Positions 58,443 to 64,000 of a DNA stretch of 64,000 nucleotides are shown here, piece after piece; position 1 is the first letter of the stretch, and the number at the start of each line of letters is the position of its first letter. The translations under genes and the position numbers were made by a program. This DNA comes from Treponemataceae bacterium (GTDB lineage Bacteria; Spirochaetota; Spirochaetia; Treponematales; Rectinemataceae). The stretch is taken from contig CAXXGJ010000017.1 of NCBI GenBank assembly GCA_963677895.2, positions 64,001 to 128,000 on the forward strand. The letters run 5' to 3'. The notes under the pieces are model-generated. The model saw nothing but the letters and a program-made list of their open reading frames with translations. It was not told the origin of the DNA and did not search any database.

Positions 58443-59553
58443 CGGCTCCTCCCTTCGCGATCCTGGGCACGCGCTTCGAGATGCCGCAGGTCACTTCATA
58501 ATCGATGGTGCCCATAAGGCCGGCGAGTTCTCCGGCGGGCAATTCGGGAAGACCGAAAAGAGTGACCTCATCGTCAAGCATGGCTTCGGGGATATCCGTT
58601 ATGTCTATCATCACCTGATCCATGCAGATTCGACCCGCGATGGGTGCCTTCCTTCCCCTTACGATCACGCTGCCTTTATTCGAGAGGAGACGGGAATAGC
58701 CGTCGGCGTAACCGATCTGCAAAAGAGCGATGCGCGAATCCCGCCGCGCGGTGAAGAGCCTGCCGTAGCTGACGCTTTCTCCTTTTTTCAGCAGGCGGAT
58801 ATTGGCTATGGACGCGCAGAGCTGCATGACTGGGAGGAATCCCTCAGGCGGATTCGGATTCGCGTCGGGGGAAAGGCCGTAGAAGAGTATGCCGGGACGA
58901 ACCATATCGAATCGCGCTTCGGGGATATGGAGAAGAGCGGCGCTGTTGGAAATATGCCGTATGGGGGGGCAGACGCCGGCCGCCTTCATGCTTTCGACAG
59001 CGCGCCGGAATTCGGCGAGCTGACGATAGGTGAAGGAAGTGTCGGGATTGTCGGCGTCCGCGAAATGGGAGTAGACGCCTTCAATATATAATCCTTCCAT
59101 GGACGCGAGCGAACGGGAAAAGGATTCCGCGTCATCGGGGGAAATGCCCTGGCGATGCATGCCCGTATCGATCTTGACGTGGATTTTGGCCGGATGATTC
59201 AGGCGGCGCGCGGACTTGGCGAGCGCGAGCGCGAGTTCCATAGTGTACACGGTCTGCGTAATATTCTGCGATACTACAATATCGGCGTTTGAGGGATCGG
59301 TGGTGCCGAGAACGAGGAGGGGCGAGGCGATGCCGGCCGAGCGAAGCTCCAGGGCTTCTTCCAGAAGGGCTACCGCGAGATAATCGATTCCCTCGCGGTC
59401 GAGGGTGCGCGATACGGCGATGGCGTCATGGCCGTAAGCGTCGGCCTTGACGACGGCGCAGACTTTTGCCTGGCCGGCAAGGATTCGAATTTTACGCAGG
59501 TTGTTGACGAGATTGTCGGTGTGAATATAAGCGGCGGCTTTTCTGTTCATCAT
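58432..59553 (-). CDS. alr: Alanine racemase
   Basis: 'VVKADAYGH', 'DTGMHRQG', 'RPGILFYG', 'VSYG', 'GYADG', 'CMDQ', 'TIDYE'. Confidence 0.93.
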   Translation of the reverse strand: MMNRKAAAYIHTDNLVNNLRKIRILAGQAKVCAVVKADAYGHDAIAVSRTLDREGIDYLAVALLEEALELRSAGIASPLLVLGTTDPSNADIVVSQNITQTVYTMELALALAKSARRLNHPAKIHVKIDTGMHRQGISPDDAESFSRSLASMEGLYIEGVYSHFADADNPDTSFTYRQLAEFRRAVESMKAAGVCPPIRHISNSAALLHIPEARFDMVRPGILFYGLSPDANPNPPEGFLPVMQLCASIANIRLLKKGESVSYGRLFTARRDSRIALLQIGYADGYSRLLSNKGSVIVRGRKAPIAGRICMDQVMIDITDIPEAMLDDEVTLFGLPELPAGELAGLMGTIDYEVTCGISKRVPRIAKGGADVG

Positions 59554-59559
59554 ATAGTA

Positions 59560-60774
59560 TCAGCCTTTCTCCTGATCTTGGCGTTTCGGTTGCGTTGTTT
59601 GATTTGCTCGGCTCGATGAGCTCGGTCCGCTGCAGGCGGTCAGCGTCTTGTCCCAGATGAAAAGCTCGGCTTTCGCCCCCACCTCTATGCTTCCCCCCTG
59701 CCCGCCGGCCGTGAAGCCGAGGGCGGCGCCGGGCGTGCGACTCATGGAGGCAAGCGCAGGGGCGAGGGAAAGACCAGTGGCCTCCATGAAGGATTTCACT
59801 ATCTGCATGCCTAATTTATTGGATCCGATAAGCGTGCCCGTTTCGCTGTAGCGCACACCGTTCAGGCTGGAGGAAACGGACTTCCCGAAATAGCGGTATT
59901 CGCCGTACTCCAGGCCGGCGGATACCACGGCGTCGCTTGTGAGGATGAGGCGTTCCGAGGGGATGCATCGCGAGGCTGCCTTCATGCTGCTGTCGTTCAC
60001 GTGGATACCGTCGGCGTTGAGTTCGGTCCACGCGGGGATGCCCGCGAGGGCTATGTTGACGAGGCCGCCGCCGCCACTTCGGTGGTCCAGCCCGCTCATC
60101 GCGTTGAAGAGATGGGTCACGGAAAAGGGCGGCGGCGGCAAGGCGACTCCGGCGCTCGCGCCCGAGTGCCCCAGCGAAACAAGGACACCATTCTCTCTCA
60201 GTATCGGATAGAGCGACTCGATGCCCGGCAATTCCGGCGCGAGCGCCATTATCCTGAGCCTGCCCCTGGCCGTCTCGATGATTTTCCTGCACAAGTCAGC
60301 GTCCGGAGCCTCTATCTGCGGCAGGTTTATCCCTCCGCGATGCTTCGGGTCGATGAAGGGACCTTCGATATATATTCCCGGAATAACCTCGGGGGGCAAC
60401 CGCGAAGCCTCGATGGCATCCACGAGCCTTCCCACGGCCCCCTCATCCCAGAGGATGGTGGGAACAAAACACCCCACTCCCCTCTTTTCCAGTTTCCTCG
60501 CGACCTCTAGGATATCCTCGGCGCCCCCGACGCTTTCAAAGCCTATGCCGAAGGCTCCATGGATATGCATTTCCACAAGCCGCGGCGCTACGAAAGAGCC
60601 GCCGCAATCGACGACGGCCAAATCGCGGTCTTCAGGGTTGGATAACAAGTATTCTTCAAGGCTTTCTTCGCCGACATGACGGATCCTTCCCTCCCTGACG
60701 ACGAGGATTCCCCCTTCGAGAAGCCGGTCGGGCAGGACGAATGTGCCTCCCGAGAGGATTTGATTGTCAGCCAT
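59560..60774 (-). CDS. nagA: N-acetylglucosamine-6-phosphate deacetylase-like amidohydrolase
   Basis: 'MHIHG', 'IEGPFI', 'LGHS', 'THLFNAM', 'ADGIHV', 'TSDA'; start uncertain (60774 or 60843). Confidence 0.8.
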   Translation of the reverse strand: MADNQILSGGTFVLPDRLLEGGILVVREGRIRHVGEESLEEYLLSNPEDRDLAVVDCGGSFVAPRLVEMHIHGAFGIGFESVGGAEDILEVARKLEKRGVGCFVPTILWDEGAVGRLVDAIEASRLPPEVIPGIYIEGPFIDPKHRGGINLPQIEAPDADLCRKIIETARGRLRIMALAPELPGIESLYPILRENGVLVSLGHSGASAGVALPPPPFSVTHLFNAMSGLDHRSGGGGLVNIALAGIPAWTELNADGIHVNDSSMKAASRCIPSERLILTSDAVVSAGLEYGEYRYFGKSVSSSLNGVRYSETGTLIGSNKLGMQIVKSFMEATGLSLAPALASMSRTPGAALGFTAGGQGGSIEVGAKAELFIWDKTLTACSGPSSSSRANQTTQPKRQDQEKG

Positions 60775-60911
60775 ACTGCCAGCATTGTCGTACAGCTTGG
60801 CCTCGCGTGTAAAGGCAAGGGAGCTTCTTTCTTCGGCGTACATGACAAGCTTCCCGCTTCCGCGTTATCATAGATAGACCAATCGCCCTAAGGAATCCCC
60901 AAGGAACGACG

Positions 60912-61712
60912 ATGAAAAACGAGAAAATCGGCTATATCGCCCTCGACATGGACGGCACCATACTCGACAAAAACTATGTCCTCTCCGCTGCCGTAAGGGA
61001 CACGCTCATCGCCTGCCGCGCGATAGGCAAAAAAGTAATCATATCGACCGGCCGCGTTTTCGCTTCCGCGAACAAGCATATCTCCGCTCTTGGCGGAGTC
61101 GACGGTTTCGTCTGCTCGAATGGCGCCGATGTCTATGACGGCGAGGGCCTGTTGATCGCGCAGACGCATATGGACGATGGACTCTCCCGTCGGTTTGTCG
61201 AAATTGCCCGCGCCTGCGACTCGCATTTTCATGCCTTTATCGGCGACAGCTGGTATTATGAACGGGAGAAGGCCTATACCCAGTTCTATATCAAGCGATC
61301 GGGTCTCGAGGGAAACCATGTGGATTTCGACAATATCGAAAGACTTTCTTTCACAAAATGCATGTTCCTAGACGATCACGAAAAGCTCGAAATCATAAGG
61401 GAAAAGATCGAGGCGACGATGAGCGGCAGCGCCCAGGTCATGTATTCCGCTCCCTTCATGCTCGAGGTTGTCGTGAACGGGGTGAGCAAGGCATCGGGGC
61501 TGCGGGCCTGCGTAGGCCATTGGGGCGGCAGCCTGGACCAAGTCATCGCCTTCGGCGACGCGGGCAACGACGAAGACATGCTCCTCGCCGCGGCGGTCGG
61601 GGTGGCTATGGGCAATGCTTCCGATGAACTGAAAGCCAAGGTCGATGCCGTGGCTCCTTCGGTCGACGAAGATGGCGTCGCGGTGTTTTTAAAGGATTTT
61701 TTCGATCTTTAG
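60912..61712 (+). CDS. Cof-type HAD-IIB hydrolase
   Basis: 'ALDMDGT', 'STGR', 'SNGA', 'SKASG', 'FGDAGNDEDM'. Confidence 0.92.
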   Translation: MKNEKIGYIALDMDGTILDKNYVLSAAVRDTLIACRAIGKKVIISTGRVFASANKHISALGGVDGFVCSNGADVYDGEGLLIAQTHMDDGLSRRFVEIARACDSHFHAFIGDSWYYEREKAYTQFYIKRSGLEGNHVDFDNIERLSFTKCMFLDDHEKLEIIREKIEATMSGSAQVMYSAPFMLEVVVNGVSKASGLRACVGHWGGSLDQVIAFGDAGNDEDMLLAAAVGVAMGNASDELKAKVDAVAPSVDEDGVAVFLKDFFDL

Positions 61713-61841
61713 CTTACGCCGAACCTTAATTTTCTCGCCTTGATTTCATCCTTGACCCTTCGAGCCTGTCTTGGATATCATTGCGGCGTTGCGCGGCCAC
61801 GCGGCGTCCTCAAGACGGCTTGCGTTCCCGCTTTTCGACGA

Positions 61842-61927
61842 GCCGGGGTGGTGGAATTGGCAGACACCAGGGACTTAAAATCCCTTGCTGTGCAAACGGC
61901 GTGCGGGTTCGAGACCCGTCCCCGGCA
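61842..61927 (+). tRNA. tRNA-Leu (TAA)
   Basis: Acceptor GCCGGGG/CCCCGGC; anticodon arm AGGGA-CT TAA AA-TCCCT; long variable arm; GTTCGA. Confidence 0.95.
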
Positions 61928-61972
61928 TTTTAAGATGTACGGTTTCTTTGACGGTTCTCGCGGGGGGAAGGC

Positions 61973-62563
61973 ATGAATCCTGATCTGTTGCCCATGATTT
62001 CCTATATTTTCATCACAACGTTCACCCCCGGGCCCAACAATCTTTCATCGGCCGCCGCGGGCATCAAGGTCGGACTCAGGCGAACGCTGCCTTACCTCTT
62101 CGGGATTTCCTCGGGCTTTTTTTGCGTCCTGGCGAGTTCAGGATTGTTCAGCGTCTTCCTGCGCACGCGCTATTCGGCGCTAGCTCCCTATCTCAAATGG
62201 CTGGGGTTTTCCTACATGCTCTGGCTTGCTGTATCGCCGTTCATAAAGCACAAGTCCGCCGGCCTGAAAGACGTCAGCTATTCCTACCCTACCGGACTCC
62301 TCCTCCAGATCGTCAATCCCAAGTCGATCCTCTATGGAATAACCATTTACGCTTCTTTTTTCGATTTGCTTGCAGGCAGCGTTCCCAGAGTCCTCTTTTC
62401 CGCTTTCCTGCTGACGATCGTCGGTTTCGTCTCGATCCTCACATGGACGCTGGCCGGCACCGGCCTGACAAAAATCCTCAAAGGCCCGAAAAGCGAGCTT
62501 ATTTTCAATGTCGGCATGGGAATATTATTGATTTACTCGGCTATTTCCATCGTGTCCCATTAA
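61973..62563 (+). CDS. LysE-family amino-acid exporter
   Basis: 'TPGPNN', 'QIVNPK', about 6 TM. Confidence 0.88.
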   Translation: MNPDLLPMISYIFITTFTPGPNNLSSAAAGIKVGLRRTLPYLFGISSGFFCVLASSGLFSVFLRTRYSALAPYLKWLGFSYMLWLAVSPFIKHKSAGLKDVSYSYPTGLLLQIVNPKSILYGITIYASFFDLLAGSVPRVLFSAFLLTIVGFVSILTWTLAGTGLTKILKGPKSELIFNVGMGILLIYSAISIVSH

Positions 62564-62645
62564 TGATTTCGCCGTCCGCACGGTGAAGCCGTCTGCGGCG
62601 ACCGCCAGCGGCAGCCGCTTCGGCCGTATAGACGGATCGCCCGAT

Positions 62646-63071
62646 TTATCGGCAGGCCAGCTCGTCCATCCTGCGCAGACGCCGCGAGAGGTCCCTCGCG
62701 AGGTTCATCACCAGAAGGGAAAAAGCCTTGAGGTCAACCTTGGATATTTCGTAAAGAGCGCGGTTGGAGATGGTGACGACTTCGAGGGGTTCCTGGGCGA
62801 TTATGGTGGCGATGCTGGGCATGACGTCGATGAGTTCCATTTCACCGAAGGTTTCGCCCTCGCCCAGTTCAGCGATGACGATGCCTTGCTTGGAGACGCT
62901 CACGCGCCCGCCGATGATGAAGAAGATTTTATCGTTGGGATCGCCCTCGCGCATGGGCATATCGTCGGCATCGTAGCGGGCATATCCGAAAAGCGGCTTG
63001 ATCCGCTCAATCTGTTCGGGCAGCACGCCGCCGAACAGGGAATATTTCTGCAGTGCGTTAGTGTCGATCAT
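62646..63071 (-). CDS. Stand-alone cyclic-nucleotide-binding domain protein
   Basis: 'REGD', 'IFFIIGGRV', 'GETFGEM', 'ATIIA'; start after GAGGGGAG. Confidence 0.85.
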   Translation of the reverse strand: MIDTNALQKYSLFGGVLPEQIERIKPLFGYARYDADDMPMREGDPNDKIFFIIGGRVSVSKQGIVIAELGEGETFGEMELIDVMPSIATIIAQEPLEVVTISNRALYEISKVDLKAFSLLVMNLARDLSRRLRRMDELACR

Positions 63072-63202
63072 CGCTCCCCTCAGTTCCATTATACCTCATC
63101 CTATGCATTTTTGTGGATAATTTTACCGCTTTGGCAAAATTGAAGGTGGAGCGCCCCGATTCAGGTCTCGACGGGTTCAGCAACCGTCCGGTCCGTCCGT
63201 GT

Positions 63203-64000
63203 TCAGGCCTTGCCGCGGCGGTTGGCGATGCCGAAGGGGACATGGACGCAGGCGGCCATGGGACCGGCCCCTTCGAGATGGCTCAGCTGATCGTCGAAAA
63301 ACAGGTGAGGTTTGAAGACTTCGAGAATCCTGCGTTTTTCGATGCCGCCCAGGAAAAATATTTCATCGGTAAAAATGCCCCAGCTTTTGAGGGTATTGAT
63401 GACGCGTTCATGGGCGGGGGCGTTCCGGGCGGTGATGATCGCCGTCCTCACGGCCGTCCTGTTTCCGGAATCCTGGCCGAGGTCCATGCGCTGATGCTTC
63501 TGGAGGGCTGCGAGCTTTTCGAAAAATGTCTTCATGGGACCGGGATCGAGGGGATTGTCGGCATTGCGGAGTTCGGCGTCGGCGAAGGCTTCGCGGCCTC
63601 CGGGCGAGCGGTACAGACGCTCGGCCTCGTCGTCCGCGATTACGCCGTCGAAATCGAAGGCCACCCTGAGTTCGCCTTCTTCGTCCTCGCCGAAGCCTGA
63701 GGACATGATGAGTCCCGCGGGCAGGCCCGCTTCGATGGCTGAGCGCACGTCCCCGGGGTTCGCCGAAAGAAACAGGGAGGCGTTGAAGGCGGAAATATAG
63801 GGATAGGGGGAGCGGCCGTCCAGGAAAGCCGCCCGGACGATGTCGAGATCGTAATGGCGTATGGTTTTGAATACGCGAATGCCCGCCTCGGGGTCGTTGC
63901 GCGACAGAAGCACGACTTCGGCGGGACCTTCGCCCTGCGCAAATCCTTTGTTGAGCGAAAGAAAGCGGCGTATGAACCAGAACGCGTTGCCCCGCTCCAG
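63203..64000 (-). CDS. 5'-nucleotidase family protein (cN-I-like), 5' end outside the window
   Basis: Frame open to the window edge; 'LLSRN', 'LFLSAN', 'RVAFDFDGV', 'ITARNAPAHER', 'PHLFFDDQ'. Confidence 0.88.
   Translation of the reverse strand: MERGNAFWFIRRFLSLNKGFAQGEGPAEVVLLSRNDPEAGIRVFKTIRHYDLDIVRAAFLDGRSPYPYISAFNASLFLSANPGDVRSAIEAGLPAGLIMSSGFGEDEEGELRVAFDFDGVIADDEAERLYRSPGGREAFADAELRNADNPLDPGPMKTFFEKLAALQKHQRMDLGQDSGNRTAVRTAIITARNAPAHERVINTLKSWGIFTDEIFFLGGIEKRRILEVFKPHLFFDDQLSHLEGAGPMAACVHVPFGIANRRGKA

Noticed and set aside
61740..61976. Short ORFs over the tRNA genes (also 47494-47706)
   Set aside because: They overlap clear tRNA cloverleafs

Overview
A 64-kb, mostly GC-rich, gene-dense bacterial chromosome segment, most likely from a free-living spirochaete (Treponematales-like). 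This is inferred from the fused PyrB-PyrI, the stand-alone groEL, an Rsm22-family gene and spirochaete-style lipoproteins. Contents in order: a ROK-regulated sugar ABC/GH2 beta-mannosidase locus; argF; a eukaryote-like alanine aminotransferase; ppiC; an RluA-family gene; groEL; a ~10-kb AT-rich insert (M20 and M28 hydrolases, Crp/Fnr regulator with two matching GTA-N8-TAC boxes, Dpp-type ABC transporter); a MarR-linked heterodimeric ABC exporter; TetR with two SDRs; housekeeping genes; three tRNAs; a Thr-rich lipoprotein with an apparently inactive GH12 domain; a DMT-FdhD fusion; and a D-amino-acid/DAP cluster (nagA-alr-dapF-alr2-M20-ldcA, next to a C26 hydrolase and lysA). That cluster is the best candidate for an undescribed system: its DapF has Ser at both catalytic Cys positions, its second racemase has a VanT-like Tyr->Asn change, and together the genes look like a route for breaking down peptidoglycan stem peptides. 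At least eight genes show a -10 box 6-7 nt before the start codon with no Shine-Dalgarno, suggesting leaderless translation. No integrase, transposase, CRISPR array or rRNA was seen. All calls come from motif recognition by eye; no database searches were run.
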